The notes below the pieces were generated by a model that saw only the letters and a program-made list of their open reading frames with translations, made no database searches and was not told where the DNA came from. 64,000 nt of DNA. Source: the human T2T-CHM13v2.0 reference genome, Homo sapiens. A program made the position numbers and the translations under genes. Positions within the stretch are counted from its first letter, which is position 1. Every line of letters starts with the position of its first letter. Of the stretch, positions 1 through 14,643 are shown piece after piece. The DNA lies in assembly GCF_009914755.1 (NCBI RefSeq), contig NC_060934.1. One strand, given 5' to 3'.

Positions 1-699
1 TAAACTCATGATAACCTCAAATTAGGCTTCAAATGGTGAGAAGAAATAATTTAGTTCTGTTTGGTCACTCTATCTTTAGAGGAATAGGTAATTTGTTTTT
101 TAATCAAGAGGGTGCAGTAGCTGGATGGTGCCCAAGGCAGCTGATGCTCATGGAAATTTAAAGCCCCAAGGCATGTTGTTCCCTCAAGAGCTTTCTACAT
201 GGACTTACATGAGAATCAGAATCCTGACACAGTTCAGGGCTCCATCTGTATAGGGTGGATGCTATGAAATAAATCTAAAGGCAACAGCAGATCTCATTCC
301 TGTTTCCCTGGTTAGAAATGATGCAACAAAGGAGAAAAATTGTTGGAAGAGTTAGAAAAAAATCTAGAAGAAAGAGGTGATTAAAATCATAGGATAAGTA
401 ATTCTTGATCACAATTACTAATTATCACTTCAATAATCTGCATCCATGTCATCCATCATAAAACGGTGCTAACTCTTGAGCTCTCGAGTGTGGGAGTGTG
501 TTTGAAGCAAGCATGTTGATTTACATTACATTTTCAGGAGCTTAGCATAGTCAACATGGTTTTAGGCAAAGACTGTAAGCAAGAAAGAAGCCCTATCCAA
601 ACCTGTTCCCAGGAAACTGTCAAAATCATTCATCTGTAGTAAAGTTTGAATGTCAGACATTGTCACGATCTGTTGTTACTTTGTTTGCTTTCCTGTGTC

Positions 700-1014
700 C
701 TTTCTTTTAGGAATAGCCTCTCCCAGAATCTCTGTGACCTAGGGCAGGGTTGGGGACTGTCAGTCAAGGGACACTGTCTGTCTACCGGAAGTCTGGGAAG
801 GTGATACAACAAGGACCAACCAGAGACCATTTTAAAAGACTAACTTTGGATGCTGGGTGAAGAAAGGTGTCTTTCTTTAAGAGATCACAAGCTGTAATGA
901 CTGTGTAAGCCAGGATCTTAGTCTTTTACATAAAGAAGAGGAAGGCTGTCAGAGAATGAAGACATCCAGAGGGGAGATACATACACACACACACACACAC
1001 ACACACCACACACG

Positions 1015-1045
<31 letters not shown>

Positions 1046-1193
1046 AGGAAATATACTGGTGAATATAAATTGAGCCCCTACATCCATCTGTTCTGAAATT
1101 TAGGGTTCAATACAATAAATTTTTTATGTTCCTATAAAATAAAATTTTAGTTGGGTTTCTGATACTTGCAAACACAAGTCTTGTGGCTAATAT
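700..1193 (+). mobile_element. Old MaLR LTR (MLT1K/L-like), degenerate
   Basis: 3' end 'ttagttgggtttctgatacttgcaa...ctaatata' resembles the MLT1 terminus, with AATAAA upstream; 5' boundary approximate. Confidence 0.55.
982..1048. repeat. Compound (CA)n-(GA)n microsatellite
   Basis: CA run ~982-1013 followed by GA run ~1015-1039 and GGGA repeats. Confidence 0.95.
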
Positions 1194-2969
1194 ATGTATT
1201 GTATTAGTCTTTCTTGGTGTTTGACATTTCAATGCTTTGTTCTTATAAAGTATGAACCCAATTATCACTCCTAAAAAAAAAAAGTTTTATAAACCAGAGG
1301 AAAGTATGTGTCATTTAATCTATGATGGCTCACACTCAGGTGAAAAGACAGCCAGCTGAATGTGTGTGTGTGTGTATTTGTGTGTGTTCTAAATAGCATT
1401 TAACCTTTTTAATCAGAAAGCCCCTCTGTGACCTAATTCAAATGGCTGAACTGCTCTGAATCACTAATCTTCAACATTGCCAAAATACAAGTATAAATAT
1501 GTCTACATACGGGTTTGCAAAGGTCAATAAATCAGATGTCTGCATAAAATAAATAAGTACGTAACTTCTCAGAAACTACATAGAAGAAGAAACTATCCTT
1601 AGATAGTTTGATAAATATTGAGCATTCTAAATTTCTAACTACCTGGATTTTTCTCACAATCCATGTTGCTCTGGGTTCACGATTATGATTTGAAGCAATG
1701 CAAGGATGTGGTAAAGATAAGTGCACATAAGTTTTTCCTGTCTCTGCAGCAGAGTGGAAGGGGTACAAGGATGTGTTTTTCTGAAGGCAAGGAAGTAGTG
1801 CCCCTGCACTGGGGGAGGAGAGAGCCACACCCTGAGCAGGTGAGAGGAAAGGGTCCTAAGCCAGCTCCTAAACAGCCTCCAGAGAAGACTAGACATGAAG
1901 GTCACTTGGGGATGAGACCACCTGCACCATGTGGTTCATTGAGTCTCCCATCCCATAGAAGGAATCGATAAGAAGAGCACCCCAGCAGACTTGGACAATG
2001 AGAATGTCAGCAGCAAGTATGCAAGGAAAGGAGAGGCTGCCTCTCCTTTCTGGATGCTACCTATAACTCAAGATCTGGCATAAACCTGCAGATAGAAAGG
2101 TCCCCATAAAAGTGAAAACAGAATTGATATACAGTCTAGATGAATGATGCTTGGAGCTAAAATTATATTAATTTAAATGAATGCAAGTGAAATTCTTGCA
2201 TTTCTGAGCTAATAGGTTACCATCCATAGCCTCAGAGTGCTGTGTGTAATTAATGTAGTCCCAGCATTTGATAATTAGCAATCTATACATGATCAATATT
2301 GGAACACTAGCATCATCACAGGCATTTATTGAAGACCATTGGCTAAACACAACACCCATATCTCATCCCAGCCTAGACATCAGAAAATTATAGTATTCTA
2401 CAGTCAGGAATTAAATGTACATATTTTCTTGTACCCTTCTATTAAAGGTTCAAAGCATGAATGAAAGAGAAACTGATTGTCAAGTTTAGATTAAGCTTAG
2501 GCATGCAGGAAGAAATCCATTTCCATATACTGGTTACTGTCAAACTATTCAACATTTACCAACGTGACATCTGCCAGTTGGTTAAGGGCTACTACCTCTG
2601 GAAAGGCAAGAATTTTCTAGTCCTTCCACTCCGAATCTGGGCAAGCAGGTAAAGATTTAGAGAGGGGAGGGAAACACCTGAATAAGAGAATTGGGAGGAT
2701 TATCTTCTCTACAGAGCTCAGATCCTCAGGGGGCAATAAGGACAAATGTCAAACCCTTATTAAATACAGGCAAAGATGATAGTATCTATTTATTTCTATT
2801 TGGTGAATGTGATTATTTTGACCTGGTCCAGGAAGGGAGATACCAGCCTCCTGTGCCTGTCAGTGTTTTCTGAAGGTCGAGGGTGTACCCACGCTGTAGT
2901 GCAGATTGTGGGTAACAAAAAGAAAGCCGAAGACAGCTTCTGTCCTCAGAAGCTTATGTCCCATTAAAG

Positions 2970-3278
2970 TCAGTCCTTGGGCTAAATTCAGAGCAAACAT
3001 ATATTTTTTTTTTTTTTGGCTCACATAATGTTTTAAATCATTTGCCAACATTTAAACATCAGAAAATTTCATATTAAAAAATCAGATTTCCAGCCTCTAT
3101 TTAAAAATGTTAATATCCGACAACATTAACTCTACTTCCTGCAGCAATGAGCTGAAGCTGAGTAGTTGCTGTTCCTATAGATGGGCGTGGACTCTTCACT
3201 GTAAGTTTTGCCTCTCTAGTGTACTCAGCTTGCCCTATACTTCCTTTATTATTACCTGTTGAGTTTGCAGCAACTTGG
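2970..3278 (+). mobile_element. MER102-like hAT-Charlie DNA transposon relic
   Basis: 'tttgccaacatttaaa...gctgagtagttgctg...attacctgttgagtttgc' resembles the recalled MER102 consensus. Confidence 0.6.
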
Positions 3279-3331
3279 TTCAAATTACTAGGTCAAAATG
3301 ACAGCCGGAAGACAATGTTAACCAGATATGA

Positions 3332-3754
<423 letters not shown>

Positions 3755-4013
3755 TGAGTTGGGATTGGGAAGACACTGCATTTAGATGCCAATAAAATAA
3801 GGTTATAGGTAGGAAGGCAAATGAAGAAAATGATGCTAAAATATCATATACAATTGGTTTCTTATTCATTGAGTTACCTGTGGCTTTCTTGTTTGCTTCA
3901 TCTTGAATCCCCTTGTCTCATGTTAGATGGTGCAATAATAGAAAGTTTCTGAAAGCAAAAGCCTGAAAATTTTTTGTCAAGACAGATGCTAGACAATAGT
4001 GAAAATTAGTTTT

Positions 4014-4656
4014 TGTAAGGACAACTAAAAGCTTAAGAGGTTTAAACCTCCCTGTGAAAATAAGCAAAGAGATTCCCCTCCCCGCCTTTTTCTTGGAGTA
4101 TTTACCTTAGAAAATTATAAGTACTTTCTCCTCTCTTTGAAATGCATATATATCCTGTTGAAAACTAGACAGGTCTTTTGTCAGCTTTATGACTCAGGAA
4201 TGTCTTTCTCCAGGATCTGTGAAACGTCTCTTTTGGTTCTGCCAGAGGATACGAGCCTAACCAGGCGCCTTGTGCCCAGGCAAAACTACCTCCTGTCATA
4301 AGATATGAGAAGTTTGTTTCTCCTCTGGATAAAGCCAATTAGCTAACACAGGTGGTCACTCCAATTGCCGGGTGAATCTAAGATGAAATGAGTGACAGTT
4401 GGTGCTGGCAAATCCTCAGGCTTGACAACCAGTTATTGTTTATATTGAGAACATGTGTGCAGTGGGTTGTCTCTATTACTTGACTGTCTAAAGGGTGAGT
4501 GTTCTCTCAAACCTCTTAGTGATTGCCTGTGATGCACATCACATAACTGCTTTTGTTTTGTTTTGTTTTGTTTTTTGTTTTTTGTTTTTTTCCTCTACTA
4601 CCTTTATGGAGAAGATTTCTGGTTTGGGAAATGTTTTTGTTTTTATTTCCCCAACA
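4014..4656 (+). mobile_element. ERV1-class solo LTR (MER34/MER39-like)
   Basis: TG...CA termini (tgtaagg...ccccaaca), 4-bp tttt on both sides, ~640 bp; subfamily uncertain. Confidence 0.65.
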
Positions 4657-6339
4657 TTTTCCATGAGCAATCAGTTCTTGCCACTTAGAAAAGATGCATG
4701 AGAAGTGAAAAAAGATCCATTCTCAGTCACATTTCTTCCTTTGTTGATACAAATAAAGCAGTTTTATAAACCAGAGGGAAAGTACGTATCAGCTTCCCAA
4801 CATTTTATCTCCTTGTCGTCTCTCTTGTCTGCATGTTGAAAAGGCGCAGCCTGTCAGAAGTCCTTCACATTCCTTAGGAGGTGTCAGCATGCTTCCAGAT
4901 AAATGAGCCAGAGAGAATAGAGGTCACAAACCACAAAGGCTTAAGAGGCACATAAACCCAGGTGCTTCCTTGCTCTCTCTTGAGAAATGAAGGACCATGG
5001 AAAGCTCTCTGGATGCATGCTGTGTGGGAATGGCAGCAGGCTTGCCGGCCTCTTCCTATCTGAGCTTCACATGGCTTCTGTCCTGATAAGGTTTTCCCAG
5101 CAGAACCCTAATCACCTTTAATTCTTTGCAAGAAGAGGAATTGTCTGTTCCAAGGCCCAGTTACCCAACTCTTTCTTGGATTCGGTCATTTTCTATTCAA
5201 TTAACTATTGATTATGTGAAAGTAAAATAGCCTAATATGCAACCCTGACTTGCTGCTGGAATTTAAGCTCAGATCTGGTAGCTCCAAGATGGGAATTCTA
5301 AGTTCTCATGTGCAAATAATAGGTAAATTATGTTATTAACAATAATTTTTAAGAAAATATTTGCAATCAATACTTTTTTGAAGAATTAAATGTACATGTG
5401 GGCAATTTTAACCTCTTCATTTCTGGTTTATATATTTTTTAGTTGTCTTCAACATTATGATTTTATTTAATAGAAGATACATCTTAATCATTTAGAAACT
5501 TTTTCATCTTTCCTTCTTTATTCTCCAACAACCAATCAACAGATGTCTTGAATGTCCTAGGACCAGAAGTGTCCATTTTCCCCAAGTTTTCTAGAAATAT
5601 AAAGTGATTTACAATAGGCCAAGAAGACAGCTGTGCTGACTTTTCTCTGCCACCTTGCACAGAATGACCTGGGTCTCCCAACCAGTGAGTTTCACAGTGT
5701 GTAGCAGTTCCACAAATGAGACCCATAACACTGGCTCTTCTAAGTTTTAGAAAATCATTTCACTCTGGGAATTAAAACCACAGATCGCAGCTCACTGGCA
5801 AACATCTGCTGTTCATTGATAGCACCATCTGGTATTTTAGCTTCTCGTTCTGTTGTAGCAGCTTCATGTAGCTGCCTGCTTCGAATTAATTATTCTGTAA
5901 CAACTTGTTTTTCTGGAAGCACTGGCCAAATAAGGTAGCTTTGCTGAAAGCTACTAATTTGATGCTTTACCAGTGCTTCAGTGGGCATTCCTGTTCCTTC
6001 ACTTGGTCATGGTCTGAAGTGTTTCAGTCCATTATATTTGGGAGAGTAAAACGGGGAAGGAATGCATATTAATGCCTGAGCAACTAGCATGGGGGAAAAT
6101 GTATTTATCTGCATTTCACAACTCATGAGCATTCATGGCCTAATCTGAATAATTTATTTAGAGGGATGATTATGATAATACAGGCTGAGCTACATCTGTC
6201 TTAGGAACTTAAGGAGTGCTTGAGAGAATGGTGATGTGTTTTAATATAGCCATATCCTTCACCCCATTCAATTAGTAGCTTCTTCAATTATTGATCTCAC
6301 CGTTCAATTTGCAGAAGTTCCAGTGCTGCAGGAGCAGCA

Positions 6340-6545
6340 GAGTCTGTGTAGCGCAATGAAATGAGCACTGGATGGGGTCACTATCTAGCCAAGTGATGCT
6401 TAGTAAGCCACTTCCTCACTCTGGACCACAGTTTTCTCATTGGCAAAATTAATTACCTGTCCCATCACACCCCAGATTCTTTTAACGCTCAAATGAGATA
6501 AAGAGGTCAAGATACAGTGTAATCAGTAATGAGCAATATGCACAT
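6340..6545 (+). mobile_element. MIR SINE fragment
   Basis: MIR core-like 'cacttcctcactctggaccacagttttctcattggcaaaat'. Confidence 0.6.
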
Positions 6546-6779
6546 ATTACAAATTTCATCCACTTACCTTTTCTTTAAAGACCAGAATCTGATGAAGTCA
6601 GGAAGACTTATTGTTGCAACTCTGGAGCAAAATGTTTAACCTGTTAAGTATGTGTTTTGGAGCATTTGTTTTAGGGGCAAGGTGTCTCATCCCAGCTCAC
6701 CTGCTATACATTCTTACCCACCGAACTTTCTCTTCAGAATATACTTTTTTTTTTCCAGCATTTGACTGCACAATGGCAT

Positions 6780-7160
6780 AATAGGTCTTTACCTTGGCCA
6801 CACATTACAATCACCTGGAGCTCTTTAAATCTACCAGTGCCCAGGTGTCAAATGTGCAGAATTTCTGATAGCACGGCCCAGACATCCATATTTTTTTAAA
6901 ATGCCTCAGTTGATTCAAATACAGAGTGAAGAATGAAAACTATGCATATAGAGGAAAGAGCCCCAGCTTTGGAATAGGACACAATTGCTCTACCCTTGCA
7001 CTGCCTGAGTGACCTTGGACTGAAGTCTCTGAACCTCAGTTTATAATGTGAAAATCGGGGAAGGGGGAAATGACAACTTTCAGAACTGTTGTGAGGTTAT
7101 AAGATCACTTAAATTGCCCATCCTAGTAGAAGCTCAGAACATGATAACTGTTATTGTTTA
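6780..7160. mobile_element. MER5-type DNA transposon relic (~6780-6945) followed by MIR (~6946-7160)
   Basis: 'cacattacaatcacctggagctctttaaa' is MER5-like; 'gtgaccttggac...tctctgaacctcagttt' is MIR core. Confidence 0.6.
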
Positions 7161-10100
7161 TATACTGACTTTTAGTGTGTACTCTTTTCCTGAGTGGGAC
7201 TGTATGTGTTTGGGGGAGATGTAAATAAGTGTGTGTCCACAACTGTATTATAAACTCTTTGGGGACAGACTGTGATTACCTTTTCTCTAAATTCCCTCCA
7301 GCTCCCCACAAAGTGCTAAGGATATAGTAAATGGGTATGTAACAGCTATAGCAATTATTTTTGATCAATATATTGACAGAAAGGAAATGCAACATTATCT
7401 TTAGCTCTACTAAGTATATTTAAAAACATCAAAACTACACCCTCATAGATTCACTACAGCTTTTGATAAGATCCTAAGGGCATTTGAACATCTGAGTCCA
7501 AGCCACAGAAAATCTTTTTCACATCAAACCGTGAGCCCATCAGCCTAAATATTGCACTTAGAGGAGAGTCGTCTTTGCCCCAAGGCATTTCATTTGATAC
7601 AAGAGTGAAGGAAGGAAGTTGTGCATAAATCATGAAGGCAGAGCTGGTTTTCATTTCTGAAAGAACAAATGCAGGTGTCATGCTCCCGAAACTGGAGCTA
7701 TTGGAAAGAAGAGGAGAAAGTATTAGCTCAGGTGCTTGGGTGCATGAAATTGGGGAATTGGGAATTGAATGGGCTCATGAAGAAGGAATGGACAGGGACA
7801 CTGGAAACAGTGTGAGGAATCAGAAGGTTTTCTTTACTGTGTCAGACCTGCAAAGAGCTACCTTTCTGACTCAAGCCCAGATTGTTCTTAGAAGTAAAAC
7901 AGAGCAACCTAAGGGGCCATTTGAGGCAAGGAAAGAGAGACAAAGCAAGGGAGGTCAGGCAGAGGGGCTGCATTCACTCTCTGCTGGATGTGCTGCATCA
8001 TTGCACGAGCATCCTTGCTGCTCTACGCCCTATGTTTGAAAACAGGCATGAGCTAGAGCAGACTAGCAGCCTGCAGACCCATTCTGTGCAGCTCACATAC
8101 CTACTCCACACAGAATTTGCACAGTGCACAGTGCCACTAAAAAGTGTTGCTCTAGATCTTAACAAAATTTACCAACTTTCTCCTTTTTCATGCCTTCTGC
8201 CCCTGCCCCTGTATAATTTTGTGTTTGCAAACTCTGAGTTAAAACCTGTTGATAGTCATGGAGGCCAGCTGTTGTCTCTGTCAGGCATTGAAGCTGCACT
8301 TCATTGTACTGCATATTCCAAGTTTCACTCCAGTGTTCTCTAAGAGCCTCCCTCACACATGCACACATAAAGATAACAGTCATTCAGACCAATGAGGAAG
8401 CAAAGATTCGATTCTTATCCTAAATTATCGTAAGTTGCAGAGTGCCCAGTAGCATTGGCACATACGCCATAAGGTGTGAATGGGAGTGGAGATCCAGGGA
8501 GTTGTACAGAAGTGTACTCTTGTAAGAAGTCAAGCAAAAATGGTCTCGAACTCAGACAAGCAAGACAAGCGTTTAGGGCAGCCCAAATTGGAGATCAAGG
8601 AAAACTAAGACCATGAAGTCGTGGCTTACGATAAGTCAAAACTTGGTCATCTGAGCACGAGGATGTGGGCCAGGATTGGAAACAAGTCCTGCCTCAATCA
8701 TAAATCTCTTATGTACTGTTCTCTCGATGGGTGCAGGGGTGATCCCAGGCATGACGTTGCAGGAGTGGTAAGTTTAATGGGTTTTATCTGGAAAAGAAGA
8801 GCTGTCACTAGCTCCAATTTTAAATATATCTCTGGTTTAAGGAAATTGCCGCTCTTTCCATTCTCAGGTCTCAGAAAAATCACTTTCGTCGAATAATTAG
8901 TCAAATAACTAGGTCTTTTCTCGGGAAAAATATAAAGAGCCAGTTTGAAAGAAATGATTCTGTGAGCTGGTGTTTTTCTATTTATTGGATTTCCATTAAT
9001 ACCTTATTGCCCTGTAACTACTTTCATAATGCATTTTTATAATTTGATTTTTACTCATGACTTTTATGCTACGAAATTCATTACTAACACCAGTTTTAAT
9101 TCTTCTTGTATTCCTTTCTCATGTGTTGTGAATGTACTGTATATTACATTATTACATTTGTAATATAATACGGTTGTGACTTTTTGCTATATGTCATAAT
9201 GCTTTTCTCCTAGAAAAGTATGATTTTTATATTCATGAAGACAACATTTTCTGTGACAAAGTTAATATTATATTAACATTAATAGAACATTAGTATAATA
9301 ATCCTGTACATTAGCATAATAGTCATTTATACTAATACAACATTCAATTGTATTTACTGAAGATAAATTACCTAAAATAGGTTAAGTATGTTCATGCAAA
9401 TTTCAGTTCTTTCCAATTGTTTGGTATTTTTAAGAGGCTTCCTATTTCTTTGTAATTCTTTCCTTAGAATAAATCCCATAAATTGGATTACTGAAACAGT
9501 GATTCTGAATACAAAACAAGACTTAAGTTAGCAAGGAATTTCCCCATAAGTTTTAAATTTTAATTCTAAACTTCCCAGTAAAGTGAGCAAAACACGAATC
9601 ATTTCATACATTTTACAAGCAGAAAAGCAGCCTAAGAGAGGTTGGCTTACCCAAGTCAAATAAACTGTAACAAGACCCCAAATAAAAGTCTTCTAGTAGT
9701 TGGCTTTTCCCTCTAAACAAGAGAAATTAAGGGGGATTTTTGTTGTCTATGTTTTATTTTTTAATTGTCATTATAATCCCCAAATTTCTAATTTTTTCAC
9801 ATTTGTTATATTTTGTAGGAAGGCAAGAGAGAGGACAAATTTTGTTTAGTCAATTTCAATAGTAATAAAATCCATAACAAAATAATGATAAAATATATGA
9901 TCATAGTCAATTACAATAACTGAGTCCTTTGATATTCCAAGCACTGTGCTAAGTGATTTCCATCAGCGATATGTGCTGTGGCCACACAGCTGACCATGTG
10001 CACATCTTCCCAGATCAAAATGGCCCAGGTGGGAGCATTTACACCATGGAAATCAGCAGATACTGACCTCTCCTTCACCCAAGACCTGATTGTTAAACAT

Positions 10101-10406
10101 TTACTGGCACACACCACAAAATGCATATTTCATTTAATGAGTATAAACAAGCCTACAGATCTTTCATCATAATAATCCTAATCCACAGTTAAAAAGACTG
10201 AGGCTCAAGAAGGTTAAATAATATCCAATATAAAGGAGCAGATTTGGAATCAAAACTAGGTAGTCTGATACCAAAAATTAACATTTAACCACCAAACACT
10301 ATTATTTCTTATTGATCCAAAACAATGAGGATGGCTAGAGAATACTCAGGTATTACTGAGGACAGATTCTGGGTTGCAGATTTTCACTTTACTTTTTATT
10401 CTCCCC

Positions 10407-10775
10407 TAATATGGTTTAGCTGTGTCCACACCCAATCTAATCTTGAATTGTAATTCCCACAATTCCCACATGTCATGGCAGGAACCGGGTGGAAGGTGAT
10501 TGAATTATGGGGGTGGGTCTTTCCTGTGCTGTTCTCATGATAGGGAATGAGTCTCACGAGATCTGATGGTTTTAAAAATGGGAGTTTCCCTACACCAGCT
10601 CTTTTTTTGCCTGCTGCCATGGATGTAAGACGTGACTTGCTCCTCCTTGCCTTCCACCATGATAGTGAGGCCTACCCAGCCACGTGGAACTGTAAGTCCA
10701 ATTAAACCTCTTTCTTTTGTAAATTGCCCAGTCTCGGGTATGTCTTTATCAGCAGCATGAAAATGGACTAATACA
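10407..10775 (+). mobile_element. THE1 (THE1A/B-like) MaLR solo LTR
   Basis: Starts 'taatatggtttagctgtgtcc', ends 'ggactaataca'; typical THE1 body of ~370 bp. Confidence 0.92.
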
Positions 10776-13418
10776 CCCTCAACTTCAAAATGATGATAAG
10801 CTCACCTTTGAAAGCATCTTGCTGCCATGCACCAATCCCACTGTGATTGTTCATGGTAAAATAATATTTCCACTTTTATGAATGAATCATGTGTTCCAAG
10901 GGCATGAGTATCTCACCCAGTGTTACTAAATCAGTCAACACCCCATTTAGCCCACACAGTCCAGTAAGCCCAGCTGTTTCCCATGATAAATGAGCTAAAA
11001 GCCTCAAGCTTGTGCCTCAAGCAAACAATGGAGAAGAATGCTCAGCCTGTTTCAGCAATGAAATGTCATGTAACTCCACTGTTACATCTGGTATTGAACA
11101 GCCATAATTATTTTTTCTTCCTCCCTTAAAAATAGTGAACTTGTTAAGAGGTTCCTTCATATGTGCCATTTATGCCAGTACCAGTTATTCAAGGGATTTT
11201 CTGTGCAGAACTATTTTACTCTGCTCTTACTCTAGATGACTTACATAATTGGTTTATGTTACCGCTACTTTTACTACTTTTAAGCTCTGCTCTCTACTTT
11301 TGCAAATGAAGAGAAAGATCAGAATGTAAGCCAACATTGTATATAGCAACTAATAAAAGGGAGCTATTTCAGTTGATTACTCACAGCGCAAAACAAGTAT
11401 ATTTGGTATGTTAACTACAGGCATCATGAAAAAAGTACCCAGTTTTTCTGGAGGCTTAGGAACTGTCTGTCAATTATATGAGATGAGGAGGTGGTCTTGT
11501 TGCTGCTTGAAAGACTAGGACTTTGTAAATGAGCTTAATAATTACATTACTAAATAATAATTCCCTTTGAAATAATTTCCAGAAAACTTGTATAATCAAA
11601 ATTATTTTACAGCTTTTAAAAGCTTATGAATGTATACAATCCTGGGGATACAATTCTCAGAGAGGTGATGTAGCTATTAATATTTAAGGTCATACAGCTC
11701 TTCTGTGGTAGAAAAGCTGAGGCCTTCTGACCTGAAGTATATTTTATTTTCTAATCTACCAGTACCATATTGTGTCTCTGGACAACAGGCGTACTATTTA
11801 AGGTGCATAAAATAGACATTCAAACTCCAAAACAATGATCTTTAGGAGTGCAGACTTGCTTGTCATTGATGCTTTTCTTATTAACTCTCCATTCAACATT
11901 GACTTCAGAAAGCAGTCAGAGGACAGCTTTTCAGTGAAATATCCCAGATGCATAATTTAGGATGGAACTTGGAGATCATTAATGCAATTTTTACCTAATA
12001 TCTCTTACATTGTATCTGAAAAATTATCACCAGTCTCTTACTAAATATTGCTGGAGATGGATTGTTTTGTTATATATTTGGAAAATTGTGAGTCTAAGAA
12101 TTTTTTTCTTAATATGAGTCAAAAGTTGATCCTTCTCTACCTTGATTTAGAACTTCCATGTAGTGAACACAAAAGTCTACTTATGGGATATCAGAAAGAA
12201 TGACAGATTAGATGATTTCAATATTCACTCCAATTCAAAAATTTCACCTGAAAAATCTTCAGATATTGAAATTCCATCATTTAATCCCGGCTACAGACTT
12301 TTAAAAAATATACCCAAATACCTTTTTCCTAAATAGTTTAAAGCATGACTGTATGAGATGGGACCAGGTTCCTCGCTAAGCTGGAAATTTTTAGTTTGTC
12401 ACTTCATTGGTCGATAATGTAAAGAACATTAAAATTATTCAAGATATGCTAAGCCACAACCTTATTCAGCATGTCTGCTCTTAGTGGGAAAGTCATAGTG
12501 AAAGGTGCTTTAAATAGAGACTGATTTTAGGAAAACCTTTTGGGAAATGGCTGCTTGGTTGCTGAGAACAATATGATTCACCTTGTTTAATGGTCATGGT
12601 GATTTATTTCGTGAAGAGAGAATGGAATATTGGTCAAACAAGTGGAGTAAGTGTGATGAGAGCTAATAAGAAGTATGCTCTGCAGCAAACAAAATTAGGC
12701 AGAATCAGTCAATAAAGGAATCGTTGTACTTTAAACAGGGAAAGGTTTCCAGGTTAGAAGAAACAAAATTAATGAATTTAATAAATGTGGGAAAAAAATC
12801 TGCACAGGTCATCAAGATTCTACAGTAAAACAGACAACATAGGAGAAACATGCTGCAAAATTCCTGAATTTGGGGCACCAAAAGAGTGGTTCAAACCAAA
12901 TATACTTGGGTTCTTATTCCTAATCAGCTAAATTGCTTTTTCGCAGTGACCCTTAGGGCCCCTGCCTCTGAGAACAATAGTATAATGATAAAAGACACAT
13001 GTATGTATAGTAAATAGGGGCTACTAGAGCTTCAAGTCTGATAGAGCAAAATCCCAGCTTGCTCACTTTGAGAAACCCATGGGGAGAGTTTAGGAAAGGT
13101 TTTTTAAGTAGAAAAAGGAATAAAAAGGGGGTAGATTTTGATTTGGGATGAGTTGCACTGAGCCATGTGTTAGGGAACTTCTTGGGTATTGCAGACCTAT
13201 TGGATCTCTTGCAAATTTTGCTCATGGTCAGTACAGATAAAAAAAAAAAAAAAACAAATGTCTTGTGATCTACATTGCCTTTTATGTTGTCTGGTAACAT
13301 TGTGGCATGGAGAAAATCCCACATGGAGCAACCGTTTAAATTTGAAAGCCTATGGAGAGGATGACTAAGAAGGGCAGTTTCTTTCATTACAACTCAGGTT
13401 TAAGAACACTTGGGTTTG

Positions 13419-13668
13419 TAAGATCTAGTATTTGACAGCACACCAGGGTGATTACAGTCAGCAATAATTTGCTGTATATTTCAAAATAACAAACGTAATT
13501 GGAATATTTATAACAGAAGGAAATGATAAATGTTTGAGGTGATACCCCATTTACCATGATGTGATTATTATGCATTGTATGCCTATATCAAATATCTCAC
13601 ATACCCCATAAATATATACACCTACTAAGTACCCATAAAAATTAAGAATAAATAAATAAATAATAAAA
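13419..13668 (+). mobile_element. 5'-truncated L1MA1/2-like 3' end
   Basis: L1MA 3'UTR, (AAAT)n tail, perfect 17-bp TSD aagaacacttgggtttg (13402-13418 / 13669-13685). Confidence 0.9.
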
Positions 13669-13829
13669 AAGAACACTTGGGTTTGGAATTGCTTCCTGAA
13701 AAGAAGCACCTGAATATTTACTGCAGCATGACTATGTTAGGGTAATCCAATAGGGATAGTGGAACAGTACAGAAAAGGGTAAATCAAGCAAAAAATAATA
13801 TTTACTTATTAACTCCTCTCTCCAAAGAC

Positions 13830-14330
13830 AAAAACTGATAACATTTTGCTGTAAGCTTCCAGTTCTTTAATATCTGTGTTGCTTATTCATCCATATTTTA
13901 TAAAATTAGGGGTATATTTGATCTATTGTTTTGTGACCTGTTTTCTCACTTAATACACCATGAACATTTTTCATGTCATTTGATATTCTTTTAAAATTTG
14001 ATTTTCCATGGCTGCATTATTTCTGCAATGTGTTTAGTCAATGTCCTGGATTTTATGTGGTTTTCTGTTATTCATGTTATCCTCATTCACAAATATTGTG
14101 TGCATCTATGACTATTGTTTAGGATCAATCCCTATATGAAGAAATACTGGATAAAAGAGGATGAACGTTTCTAGCTTTCAATACTTATTGTCAAATGGAT
14201 ATTTCTATGATCTATTGCCAAACTTGGTATTAGCATTTTTGAAAACGGAAATTTGATGGGTCAAAAACAGCATTTGATACAGTTTTTCCCTAGTGATTAC
14301 TAGTGAGGATGACTATATAATTTGTCCATT
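13830..14330 (-). mobile_element. Ancient L1M(E) 3' fragment
   Basis: Degenerate L1 3'-end motifs ('ttttctcacttaatac','gattactagtgagg'). Confidence 0.5.
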
Positions 14331-14643
14331 TGGACACTTTCTAAGCTGCTCCTTCATACTCCACAGAACAATTGTAATTTGTCTCTGGACTAGAGCAGCC
14401 AGCTGTCACTGACTTCCACACTCCTCTTTAGTCAGTGGAGATGCTGGTGGCTAAAGCAACCACAGCTCTGAGAGCAGCCTGAACATAATCTGCACAAATT
14501 AATTCTTCCCTGTACCCTATATTTTTCATCTGAATAAGAATAATCTAAATTCTATAGTCCATATAATCTTACATTTTTGGAAAGGGTAATGCTATTCTAA
14601 TCTAAATACTATGCTCCACATTTATAAAATTATTTAAAAAAAA

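Noticed and set aside
7632-8343. Overlapping 135-aa and 153-aa ORFs in repeat-poor sequence
   Set aside because: No recognisable domain or exon structure; lengths are compatible with chance
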